DNA of 64,000 nucleotides from the NCBI GenBank assembly GCA_910585195.1, contig CAJUCX010000003.1, positions 65,828 to 129,827 on the forward strand, in the 5' to 3' direction. The notes under the pieces are model-generated. The model made no database searches and was not told the origin of the DNA. It worked only from the letters and a program-made list of their open reading frames with translations. Below are positions 10,062 through 18,302 of the stretch, piece after piece. This DNA is from an uncultured Christensenellaceae bacterium. GTDB lineage: Bacteria > Bacillota > Clostridia > Christensenellales > CAG-314. Both the position numbers and the translations under genes were made by a program. The first letter of the stretch is position 1; the number at the start of each line of letters is the position of its first letter.

Positions 10062-11324
10062 TTATTCTATACTTTCTTTTTCTTCTTCTTCGGACAGGTC
10101 TTTATATTCCGTCGTGGTCGGGTTTGTTTTTGCTTCCAAGCCCTTGTCGTCGTCATCGTCGGAGGTGCGTATCAAACCGCGGCGGCGGTAACTCTTGTCT
10201 TTAACCGCATTGTTTATAAATACGCCCAAACCGGTCAACACCGGCATATAGAAAGTCAACAGACGCCAAAGCAGCATTCCCCAAAAACGGAAGCCGCCCG
10301 TAAGTACCGATACGATAAGATAGAAAAAGCCTTCCGACACGCCCGAGCCGCCAGGTGTCGGTATAAACGCGCTTGCGGCGGAAGTGTAAGCCATAAGCGC
10401 AATTACCGTAGACCATTCCAGCGTTTGGCCGCTTGCCCTTACGATAAAATAAACGGTAGAGTAATTTAACAGCATACATATTACCGCCAACAGCAAGCCG
10501 GAAATCAGCGTCTTTTTGTGCTTGCCTATTATTTTGAGGCTTTTGCGGTAATCGTCAAGGTAGGCATAAAACTTTAAGGTAGTTGCTTCTACGTTTTTTA
10601 CTATTCTTATTTTGCCCAGCAGTTTAATAAAAAACGATACGATTTTTCTGGAAGTCTTCGGTATAAACGCAAAAACCATTATTGCAACCGGCACGAATAT
10701 CATACACAGCGTACCGAAGTAAATGGCAATTTGCAGCAGCACGTCTTCAACTATAGGACCGTGGATAATAAGACTGAATATTACTATAAAGAAAAAGGCA
10801 AACTGCTGCATAAAAAAACACAGCAGCGGCAAAGACGTGGCAACGCCTGCCGGCACTTTGTTTTTATGCAGATAATATACCTGATAAGGTTGTCCGCCTG
10901 CGGCAGACGGCGTGATACCGTCAAAATATTTGCCGAGCAAAGTGCTTTTTAAGGTTAGTTTTATGCGCCACTTGCCCGTTGCGCCGCGCAATAAAGCCGC
11001 TTGCCTAAAACCGTCCATAAGCATAGCAAGCACGCCCACGGCAATGGCCAAAACAAGAAATTTCCAGTTTTCTCCCCAGACCGAGAGCACTGCGGACAGC
11101 GGATAGTTGGTTTCTCCCGAAAATTCCGTTACGGCAATTACCGCCAAAATTATTATCGTAAGCAGCAAAAAGAGATAGCCGAAAAGCGTAGTTTTGCTTT
11201 TTTTGCCGGTAAGGTTTGCTACCGTTTTGCTCGCCTGCGACAGTTTTAATAACTCTTCGGGAGCCGGTTCTTCCTGCACGGTTTCAACTATTTCTTCTTC
11301 TGTATTGTTTTTCTTTTTCTTCAT
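10062..11324 (-). CDS. Flippase-like / lysylphosphatidylglycerol-synthase transmembrane-domain family membrane protein
   Basis: Polytopic, with a GGQPYQVYYL motif typical of the UPF0104/LPG_synthase_TM family and an acidic C-terminal tail. The start is uncertain (ATG 11324 or TTG 11330) and there is no clear SD. Confidence 0.65.
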   Translation of the reverse strand: MKKKKNNTEEEIVETVQEEPAPEELLKLSQASKTVANLTGKKSKTTLFGYLFLLLTIIILAVIAVTEFSGETNYPLSAVLSVWGENWKFLVLAIAVGVLAMLMDGFRQAALLRGATGKWRIKLTLKSTLLGKYFDGITPSAAGGQPYQVYYLHKNKVPAGVATSLPLLCFFMQQFAFFFIVIFSLIIHGPIVEDVLLQIAIYFGTLCMIFVPVAIMVFAFIPKTSRKIVSFFIKLLGKIRIVKNVEATTLKFYAYLDDYRKSLKIIGKHKKTLISGLLLAVICMLLNYSTVYFIVRASGQTLEWSTVIALMAYTSAASAFIPTPGGSGVSEGFFYLIVSVLTGGFRFWGMLLWRLLTFYMPVLTGLGVFINNAVKDKSYRRRGLIRTSDDDDDKGLEAKTNPTTTEYKDLSEEEEKESIE

Positions 11325-11424
11325 ACACAAACATTATAAATGATTTAAGCGATATTGTCCATAATAAACCTTATGGTTTAGAATCGAAGTTTTTTAGCAA
11401 AACTTATTGCAGGAGTGAATTTTT

Positions 11425-11574
11425 ATGAAAGCAAAATGCAGTATTTGTAAAAAACCTTTAAGCAACGATATCGGTATATGCCGCGGCTGCGGCGCGCTTA
11501 TTTGCGGCGACTGTGCAAGAAGCAACTTTGACACCTGTCCCGACTGTTTCAAAGACGTATCTTACTTCTCTTGA
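11425..11574 (+). CDS. Small (49 aa) zinc-ribbon protein with four CxxC pairs
   Basis: Not in the ORF track (under 60 aa). AGGAG lies 8 nt upstream of the ATG. MKAKCSICKKPLSNDIGICRGCGALICGDCARSNFDTCPDCFKDVSYFS. A strong terminator follows. Confidence 0.6.
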   Translation: MKAKCSICKKPLSNDIGICRGCGALICGDCARSNFDTCPDCFKDVSYFS

Positions 11575-11599
11575 TTTTTTTCCGGTAGGGGTACAACGC

Positions 11600-11631
11600 G
11601 TTGAAAGTTTTTTATAACTTTCAACTTTTTC
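11600..11631. terminator. Hairpin terminator between convergent genes
   Basis: GTTGAAAGTT-ttttat-AACTTTCAAC followed by T5. Confidence 0.75.
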
Positions 11632-11714
11632 CCGTGGGCTTACATTTTCCGTTTCTAGTAGAACATCATTAGTTGACAACGGAACGGAATTTGTAATTAC
11701 TGTCGGGAAAAAAT

Positions 11715-12470
11715 TTACATCAGCACGCAAGACAGCAACAGAGGGAAAATCATATAATATGCAAATTTAGACAAATTGCCTTTTTCCGCCACGGCTTTGA
11801 GAAATTTAAGTGAAAAGTAGCCTACTACTCCGCTTACAGTCATGCCTATCGATACGGCAAGCCAATCGACGGGTGCGCTATTTGCCACGACGTCAACCGA
11901 CATAAATAGTATGCTCCCTATTATGACGGGTATACTCATAAGAAAAGACATTTCGACTGCGGCGCTGTTTTTTACGCCGAGCATTTTCATTGCGCAAACG
12001 GTGCTGCCGCTTCTCGACAGCCCGGGCAGTACGCTTATGCCCTGCACGACGCCTGCTATTACGGCGGTGCTTTTTTTCATCGTAAGCAAGTTGTCTTTTT
12101 GTTTGCCTATCAAATCCGACAATATAAGCAAAACAAAGGTAAGCGCAAAACCTATAGGCAGCAGCAAACCGTCAAGCCACTCGGGCAGCAAAAATTTGGC
12201 AATGAGCGCAAGGGCGACGGTAGGCAAAGTCGCTAATATCACCAAAATACCTTTTTTAGAGAACGGGCGTTTTATAAGCTGCCATATTTCTTTTTTGTAA
12301 AAAATTATGACGGCAAACAGCGTACCGCAATGCAACGCCACGTTGGTAAATAAATCGGGTTGCAGTCCGAAAAGTTTTTGCGCCAAAATAAGGTGTCCGC
12401 TGCTTGACACCGGCAAAAATTCGGTAAGCCCCTGTATCAGCCCCAAAATCAAAGCAATTATTATAGACAT
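11715..12470 (-). CDS. uppP: Undecaprenyl-diphosphate phosphatase
   Basis: GLTEFLPVSSSGHLIL N-terminal signature and PGLSRSG motif; 251 aa, polytopic. Confidence 0.92.
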   Translation of the reverse strand: MSIIIALILGLIQGLTEFLPVSSSGHLILAQKLFGLQPDLFTNVALHCGTLFAVIIFYKKEIWQLIKRPFSKKGILVILATLPTVALALIAKFLLPEWLDGLLLPIGFALTFVLLILSDLIGKQKDNLLTMKKSTAVIAGVVQGISVLPGLSRSGSTVCAMKMLGVKNSAAVEMSFLMSIPVIIGSILFMSVDVVANSAPVDWLAVSIGMTVSGVVGYFSLKFLKAVAEKGNLSKFAYYMIFPLLLSCVLM

Positions 12471-12662
12471 TGTTTCTCCTGTCGATTACGGAAATTTATG
12501 CAATTTGTATAATTTCAGTTTATAGCGCGACTGAGTTTCCGCAAGGCTAAAATTATGTAAGTTATATATTTTTGCTTTTTAAGCAGTCGCTAGCCAAATC
12601 GCAAACATTTTGTTATAATGATATTCGTTAAACGACAACAAAATGATTTGGGAGCGATATAT

Positions 12663-13760
12663 ATGAAACTTGGCGTAGTAGGTTTGCCAAACGTAGGCAA
12701 AAGCACACTTTTCAACGCAATTACACACGCAGGGGCAGAAAGCGCAAATTATCCTTTCTGCACCATAGAGCCGAACGTAGGCATAGTCGACGTTCCCGAC
12801 GAAAGGCTCGAAAGGCTTGCAAAACTTTACAACAGCAAAAAGATAACGCACACTTTTCTTAAATTCGTAGATATTGCGGGTTTAGTTAAAGGCGCGTCTA
12901 AGGGCGAAGGTTTGGGCAACAAATTTTTAAGCCATATCAGAGAAGTAGACGCAATCGTGCATGTAGTCAGGTGCTTCGAGGACGGCAACATCACCCACGT
13001 AGAGCAGACCGTCGACCCCGTCAGAGATATGGATATAATCAATGCGGAACTCATCTATGCCGATTACGAAAGCGTAAATAAATATCTGGACAAAGCAAAA
13101 AACCTTTTCAAAACAGGGGACAAAAAGTATAAGATAGAGGCGGAAATTTTAGAGAGATTGCTTTCCGCTTTAAGTCAAGGCAACCCCGTGCGTTCAGTAG
13201 AACTCAACGAGGACGAAAAAGCCTACGTTGACGGATTGTTTTTAATTACCGACAAACCTGTTATTTACGCCGCAAACATTGCGGAAGCGGACTTAGGCAA
13301 AGACGAAGATAGTTTGCCGTTTGTCTGTGCCGTGAAAGAACAGGCAAAAAAAGAGGGGTCGGAAGTTTTGGTAATTTGCGCTAAGGTAGAAGAAGACTTG
13401 TCTATGATGGACGAAGCTGACAGAGAAATTTTTTATGAAGAATTCGGCATTAAAGAAAGCGGCTTAAACCGTCTTGTCAAAAAGTGCTATACCTTGCTCG
13501 GGCTTATTTCTTACCTCACCGCGGGCGAGCCCGAAACAAGAGCGTGGACGATTGAAAACGGCACCAAAGCGCCGCAGGCGGCGGGCAAAATCCACAGCGA
13601 TTTCGAGAAAGGTTTTATCCGTGCGGAGGTAGTACCGTACGAAACGCTGTTGGAGTGCGGAAACTATAACAACGCTAAGGAAAAGGGAAAAGTACGCAGC
13701 GAAGGCAAGGACTACGTAATGAAAGACGGCGACGTCGTACTTTTCCGTTTCAACGTATAA
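12663..13760 (+). CDS. ychF: Redox-regulated ATPase YchF
   Basis: MKLGVVGLPNVGKSTLFNA P-loop and a C-terminal TGS-like KVRSEGKDYVMKDGDVVLFRFNV. The start is moved to the ATG at 12663. Confidence 0.93.
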   Translation: MKLGVVGLPNVGKSTLFNAITHAGAESANYPFCTIEPNVGIVDVPDERLERLAKLYNSKKITHTFLKFVDIAGLVKGASKGEGLGNKFLSHIREVDAIVHVVRCFEDGNITHVEQTVDPVRDMDIINAELIYADYESVNKYLDKAKNLFKTGDKKYKIEAEILERLLSALSQGNPVRSVELNEDEKAYVDGLFLITDKPVIYAANIAEADLGKDEDSLPFVCAVKEQAKKEGSEVLVICAKVEEDLSMMDEADREIFYEEFGIKESGLNRLVKKCYTLLGLISYLTAGEPETRAWTIENGTKAPQAAGKIHSDFEKGFIRAEVVPYETLLECGNYNNAKEKGKVRSEGKDYVMKDGDVVLFRFNV

Positions 13761-13811
13761 TCTGCACGGACAAAAGATTTTATCCGTATCGTTAAAAAAG
13801 GTAAATAAAAA

Positions 13812-13849
13812 CTGCCCGATTGAAATTTCAATCGGGCAGTTGTCTTTTT
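13812..13849. terminator. Bidirectional hairpin terminator
   Basis: CTGCCCGATTGAAA/TTTCAATCGGGCAG palindrome flanked by A/T runs, between convergent ychF and the S-component-like gene. Confidence 0.85.
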
Positions 13850-13863
13850 GCGTAAAATGCAGG

Positions 13864-14418
13864 TTAATTATCCTTTGTTTTAACTTCAAGCATATCGTCG
13901 GGAAAGAGGTTTTGTTTAAGTTTAGACAAGATTTTTTTTAGCGGATTAAAAGCCGCGGCAAATATTACGCAGTTGGACATAACGTGTATTGCAAAAAACA
14001 ATATGCCCCGCGCGTACAAAGTCGCAAACCGCGCCCAAAAATTGTCAAACCTGCCCATAAACAAACCTACGTCAACCAAACTCGTAAGCACGCCGAATAA
14101 AAGCGTCAGCAGGACAGCCGTAAGAATCGTCTGCCAAAGTTTGGCTTTGCGCTTTCCTAAAAGAGAAAATACTATTGCCAAAAGCGGCCAATAAATAAAA
14201 TATGAAATAACCCAAGTGTTTACGCCCCAAATAAAAGTTTCTGTCATTACAAACACAATAGCGCACGGCAAAGCATAAAATATGCCGAATACGTATGCGT
14301 ACAGCGCAAGCAATATAGAAACAGGTTCTACGTTTGGTATAAAAGACATTGCCATTTTGCCCCCGGTAAGCGTGGCGGACATAAGGGCTATTACGGCAAT
14401 TTTTTTGCTGGTTTGCAT
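13864..14418 (-). CDS. Small 6-TM membrane protein, ECF-transporter S-component-like (candidate cobalamin-specific)
   Basis: 184 aa and hydrophobic. It lies 4 nt downstream of the DUF4430 gene, in the same riboswitch-controlled transcription unit. Confidence 0.55.
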   Translation of the reverse strand: MQTSKKIAVIALMSATLTGGKMAMSFIPNVEPVSILLALYAYVFGIFYALPCAIVFVMTETFIWGVNTWVISYFIYWPLLAIVFSLLGKRKAKLWQTILTAVLLTLLFGVLTSLVDVGLFMGRFDNFWARFATLYARGILFFAIHVMSNCVIFAAAFNPLKKILSKLKQNLFPDDMLEVKTKDN

Positions 14419-14422
14419 TTTT

Positions 14423-14905
14423 TTAATAACTCAAAATCGTAAAGTAGATTATAAGACCGTCGGTAAGTTCGAGACCGCCGACGCCGACGGCGCTGTAATA
14501 CAAGGTAGTATTGTTGTATGTGACGTTGTCGACATAGCCGTAAGTGTCTTTTTGACTTTCTACGTTGTGAAAAAATGCTATATATTGTGTCGTATTAGAT
14601 GCAGGGGTAAGATCTCCCACGGAATTGATAAATGCGTCAAATCCTTTGTCGTTAAACGTAGTGTTTGCGGAAAACGGCACGTCCTTATTGTCATAAAGCC
14701 ATTTAAGTGCCACGTATACGTTGTCTTTTTCCTTAAAACCGCATTCTTTAAGGTCAAGTTCGTACACGACGTCCGTATCACCGTGCAAAACCACGGTTGC
14801 TTTGCCTTCCAACGCGTCTCCGCTGCAACCGCAAAGTACGGTAAACAGAGCTGCAAGCGTTAAAACCAACGCTAAGAGTTTTTTGCTTAAATTAAATTTT
14901 TTCAT
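14423..14905 (-). CDS. DUF4430 (transcobalamin-like C-terminal domain) lipoprotein
   Basis: The start is moved to the ATG at 14905 (AGGAGA RBS). MKKFNLSKKLLALVLTLAALFTVLCGC has a signal peptide plus lipobox. The size and context fit DUF4430. Confidence 0.65.
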   Translation of the reverse strand: MKKFNLSKKLLALVLTLAALFTVLCGCSGDALEGKATVVLHGDTDVVYELDLKECGFKEKDNVYVALKWLYDNKDVPFSANTTFNDKGFDAFINSVGDLTPASNTTQYIAFFHNVESQKDTYGYVDNVTYNNTTLYYSAVGVGGLELTDGLIIYFTILSY

Positions 14906-14932
14906 AAGTCTCCTATGTGGAGTTTTCGGGTC

Positions 14933-14960
14933 AAACAAAAAAAACCGCCCGAAAGAGCAG
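14933..14960 (-). terminator. Leader terminator (likely riboswitch expression platform)
   Basis: On the minus strand: CUGCUC-uuuc-GGGCGG followed by U8-9, located between the aptamer and the RBS. Confidence 0.55.
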
Positions 14961-15099
14961 TTTGTCATTTTTTCCGAACGGCGTTTGTCATTTTTTGTAA
15001 ATTAAAAAATTATGCGAAAAATTATCGCGTGCAATAAACGCAAATCGGGTTTTTATGCTGTTTGTTTATTTTCGTCCGCGCCACGCAAATAGGACGAGA

Positions 15100-15296
15100 A
15101 AAACAACCGCGCTGACAGACTCTCTTTCCCTCCGAAAGAAAAGTTTTTATTGTCTGTGCGGCAGGTCTCCTGACTTCCGGCTTCATACCTAATTTTCCTG
15201 CCTTCCCGTTTTGTACAGTGGCAATGCGGAATTTCGTATCCGTAACAGTAGCGGGGGCTGTCAAGGATTTTCACCTTGTTCCCTTAACCGCACAAA
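15100..15296 (-). promoter_or_regulatory. Cobalamin (B12) riboswitch
   Basis: The minus strand reads TTAAGGGAACAAGGTGAAAATCCTTGACAGCCCCCGCTACTGT...GCCACTG...GGGAAGGC...GAAGCCGGAAGTCAGGAGACCTGCC. These are the conserved core and B12 box (about 15161-15185). Confidence 0.9.
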
Positions 15297-15312
15297 CATT
15301 TTGTTTGGCAGA

Positions 15313-15341
15313 ATTTTAGCACTGCACCTGCATTTTGGCAA
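15313..15341 (-). promoter_or_regulatory. Promoter of the riboswitch-controlled B12 operon
   Basis: On the minus strand: TTGCCA, 17-nt spacer, TAAAAT, placing the TSS about 10 nt before the aptamer. Confidence 0.6.
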
Positions 15342-15359
15342 GTGAATGGCGGCAAGCGT

Positions 15360-15388
15360 TTGACACCTCAACAAAAAGTTGTTAAACT
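15360..15388 (+). promoter_or_regulatory. proS promoter (back-to-back with the B12 promoter)
   Basis: TTGACA, 17-nt spacer, TAAACT. Confidence 0.6.
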
Positions 15389-15443
15389 GCAAGGGTATTA
15401 TCAGTGCGCTTGTACAAAGCGCAAATCAAGGAGTTTGGTCATT

Positions 15444-16877
15444 ATGGCTGACAAAAATTTTGTAAAAGAAATTGCGGATATGACGGTAGATTTTCCGCAG
15501 TGGTACACCGACGTTGTGCTTAAAACGCAGTTGGTAGATTACGGTCCCGTAAAAGGAACGATGGTTATTCGTCCTTACGGCTACGCTATTTGGGAAAATA
15601 TTCAAAAAGAACTCGACGCCCGCTTTAAGGCAACGGGGCATAAAAACGCATATTTTCCGCTGTTGATTCCGGAAAGTTTGCTTAAAAAAGAAGCAGAGCA
15701 CGTAGAGGGCTTTGCGCCTGAAACCGCAATAGTAACCGTCGGCGGCAAGGAAGAATTGAGCGAAAGGTTAATCGTACGCCCTACAAGCGAAACTATTTTT
15801 TGCGATATGTATTCGAAATGGATACAGTCTTACAGAGATTTGCCTATGAAGTTAAACCAATGGGCAAACGTAGTGCGTTGGGAAAAGACTACCCGTCCGT
15901 TTTTGCGCACAAGCGAGTTTTTGTGGCAGGAGGGCCATACCGTACACGCCACTCGCGAAGAAGCACTCGAAGAAACGCTGCTTATGCTAAACGTTTACAA
16001 AGAGTTTGCGGAAAACGTGCTTGCAATTCCCGTACTGGTTGGTCAAAAGAGCGAAAAAGAGAAATTTGCCGGTGCGGAAAGCACTTTCGGTATGGAAGCA
16101 ATGATGAAAGACGGCAAAAGTTTGCAGGCAGGCACAAGCCATTGCTTCGGCGACAAATTCGCAAGAGCCTACGACATACAGTTTTTGGATAAAGACGGCA
16201 CGCATAAATACGCTTGGCAGACAAGTTGGGGCGTATCTACAAGACTTATCGGCGCGCTCATTATGGCGCACGGCGACCAACGCGGATTGGTTCTTCCGCC
16301 TAAGGTTGCACCTATTCAGACGATAGTGCTGCCTATTGCCGCGCACAAAACCGGCGTAAATGAAAAAGCGCAGGAAATAATAAACACGCTTACAAATGCA
16401 GGCGTCAGGTGCGAAGGCGACTTCTCCGACCAATCGGCAGGCTGGAAGTTTAATCAGTGGGAAATGAAGGGCGTTCCGCTTCGTCTGGAAGTAGGACCTA
16501 GAGATATAGAAAACGGCGTCGCTACTTTGGCGCGCAGAGATAATTTTGAAAAAATCACCGTCAAGATTGCCGACCTTGATAAAGAAGTACCTAAACTTCT
16601 CAATCAAATTCAAAACGATATGTTGGAAAAAGCAAGAGTATTCCGCGACGGCCGCATAAAAAGAGCAGACAGTCTGGAAGAAATGAAGAAGTATCTCGAC
16701 GAGGGCAACTTTGTAATGACCAAATGGTGCGGCTGCCGCGAGTGCGAAGACAAAGTCAAAGAGCTTATGCAGGCATCAAGCAGAATTATGCCGCTTGCGC
16801 AAACGCTCGATATGGGTATTTGCCCGATATGCGGCAAACAGTCCGGCACCACAATGATTTGGGCAAGGGCATATTGA
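15444..16877 (+). CDS. proS: Proline--tRNA ligase (archaeal/eukaryote-like type, no editing insertion)
   Basis: MADKNFVKEI..FPQWYTDV...RPYGYAIWE, a class II core and a C-terminal Zn-binding domain ending ...WARAY. The start is moved to the ATG at 15444 (AAGGAG). Confidence 0.93.
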   Translation: MADKNFVKEIADMTVDFPQWYTDVVLKTQLVDYGPVKGTMVIRPYGYAIWENIQKELDARFKATGHKNAYFPLLIPESLLKKEAEHVEGFAPETAIVTVGGKEELSERLIVRPTSETIFCDMYSKWIQSYRDLPMKLNQWANVVRWEKTTRPFLRTSEFLWQEGHTVHATREEALEETLLMLNVYKEFAENVLAIPVLVGQKSEKEKFAGAESTFGMEAMMKDGKSLQAGTSHCFGDKFARAYDIQFLDKDGTHKYAWQTSWGVSTRLIGALIMAHGDQRGLVLPPKVAPIQTIVLPIAAHKTGVNEKAQEIINTLTNAGVRCEGDFSDQSAGWKFNQWEMKGVPLRLEVGPRDIENGVATLARRDNFEKITVKIADLDKEVPKLLNQIQNDMLEKARVFRDGRIKRADSLEEMKKYLDEGNFVMTKWCGCRECEDKVKELMQASSRIMPLAQTLDMGICPICGKQSGTTMIWARAY

Positions 16878-16940
16878 GATTAAATAATTTGCTTGATTAT
16901 AGTTTTGTTAATTTTAACAATTAGGTATAAAGTATTTTAT

Positions 16941-17444
16941 TCAAAGTACTTTGCACAACAGGCATGAAATGATTGCGGAAAGCAAACAGCAGAAAAGGGC
17001 TATCGGCAGAGCTATGCCGAGCCTTTTTACCTTTGTATCGCTGAAATAAATAGTGGTCAGGTAAAACACCGTTTCCGTACTGCCGAACATTACGCTTGCG
17101 CATCTGCCTATATAACTGTCTACACCGTACTCGGCAAAAACGTCGTTTACTATCGCAAGACTTCCGCTGCCGGAAAATGGGCGCAGTAAAACCAGTTGCG
17201 ACAGCTCTTTGGGTATGCCCAATAAGTTGAGCACCGGCGTAAATACAAATTCAAAAATATTGTAAAGTCCGCTTGCGCGCATAAGTTCCACCGCCATTAT
17301 CATACAGGCTATAAAAGGAAACAGCGACACGGCAAGCGGTATCGCGCCTTTGGCTCCTTCTATAAAAGAGCCGTAGGCGTTTACTTTTTTTATGAAGGCG
17401 AGCGCAAACACTGCCAAAAAAATAAAAGGTAATACAGTTTGCAT
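16941..17444 (-). CDS. spmB: Spore maturation protein B-like (nucleoside-recognition domain membrane protein)
   Basis: 167 aa, hydrophobic and SpmB-like, paired with the upstream SpmA-like gene. Confidence 0.75.
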   Translation of the reverse strand: MQTVLPFIFLAVFALAFIKKVNAYGSFIEGAKGAIPLAVSLFPFIACMIMAVELMRASGLYNIFEFVFTPVLNLLGIPKELSQLVLLRPFSGSGSLAIVNDVFAEYGVDSYIGRCASVMFGSTETVFYLTTIYFSDTKVKRLGIALPIALFCCLLSAIISCLLCKVL

Positions 17445-17517
17445 TTTTTAATGGTTTTTATTTAACAAGTGCTTGTCCTAGAGAAAAAATATTCCGTAAA
17501 AATTATTTATACAACGC

Positions 17518-18081
17518 TTAAGGTTTGTTGCGCTTTCTGTATGCAAGCGAAACAAGCAGGATACCTACGGCGGTGGTTATTATTGCCGTCAAGAGGTTAG
17601 GCAAAATTATGTCGGTCGGGTTGGCGCTGCCAAGGCTTGACCTTATGCCGATTATCGTTGTAGGTATGAGTTGCAATCCGCAACTGTTTATTACAAACAG
17701 CATTGCCATACCTTTGTTTAATTTTCCGCTTTTGTCGTCCATTTGTTTTATTGCGGCAAGCGCAGGCGGCGTGGCGGCATTTCCCGCGCCCAAAAGGTTG
17801 GCGGAAACGTTTAACGCAAGATTGTTGCAGATTTCGTCGTTTTGATTTCCGAATAATTTTTTAAGCAAAGGCTTACTTTTTTTTGACAAACTGTCTATCA
17901 GTCCGCAGTCTTTAATCACGTTTATAATGCCCATCCACAGGCAGTAAACCGCCATTAAAGAAATACACAATTCCAAAGAAGTCTTCATAGATTCCGTCAT
18001 GGCGGTAAGTATAAGTTGCGGCGAAGTAAACATTAAAAGCGCAATGCTGAATAGCATCATAAACAGCCAAATATATTGCAT
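17518..18081 (-). CDS. spmA: Spore maturation protein A-like (nucleoside-recognition domain membrane protein)
   Basis: The start is moved to the ATG at 18081 (MQYIWLFMMLFSIALL...). The sequence is SpmA-like and pairs with spmB. Confidence 0.75.
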   Translation of the reverse strand: MQYIWLFMMLFSIALLMFTSPQLILTAMTESMKTSLELCISLMAVYCLWMGIINVIKDCGLIDSLSKKSKPLLKKLFGNQNDEICNNLALNVSANLLGAGNAATPPALAAIKQMDDKSGKLNKGMAMLFVINSCGLQLIPTTIIGIRSSLGSANPTDIILPNLLTAIITTAVGILLVSLAYRKRNKP

Positions 18082-18302
18082 AACAAAATATATTAAAATT
18101 TGTTTGCCGTTATGATTTTTGTTGAGTCGAGGCTGCCGAGTGTTAAAAAGGTTGTACAAAAAACAGTTGAAAAAATTGACGGCATTAAAACAATTTCGTT
18201 GCAAAATCAGTCGGTCGAAATATCTTCTGCGGCGGTTTACAATAGACAAGATCTGTCAAAAGTGATATACTGCAAAAATAAATAAAATCTCAGGAGTTTG
18301 TT

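Noticed and set aside
15022-15274. Two track ORFs (80 and 73 aa, minus strand) in the intergenic region upstream of the DUF4430 gene.
   Set aside because: They lie entirely within the cobalamin riboswitch aptamer and leader. They have no RBS and their composition is driven by the conserved RNA sequence.
18082-18302. Possible T-box leaders upstream of metG, and likewise upstream of argS, gltX and proS.
   Set aside because: No T-box consensus (AATTAGGGTGGTACCGCG-like), specifier-loop architecture or terminator/antiterminator pair is visible. The argS and gltX leaders are also too short. These genes appear to have plain promoters.
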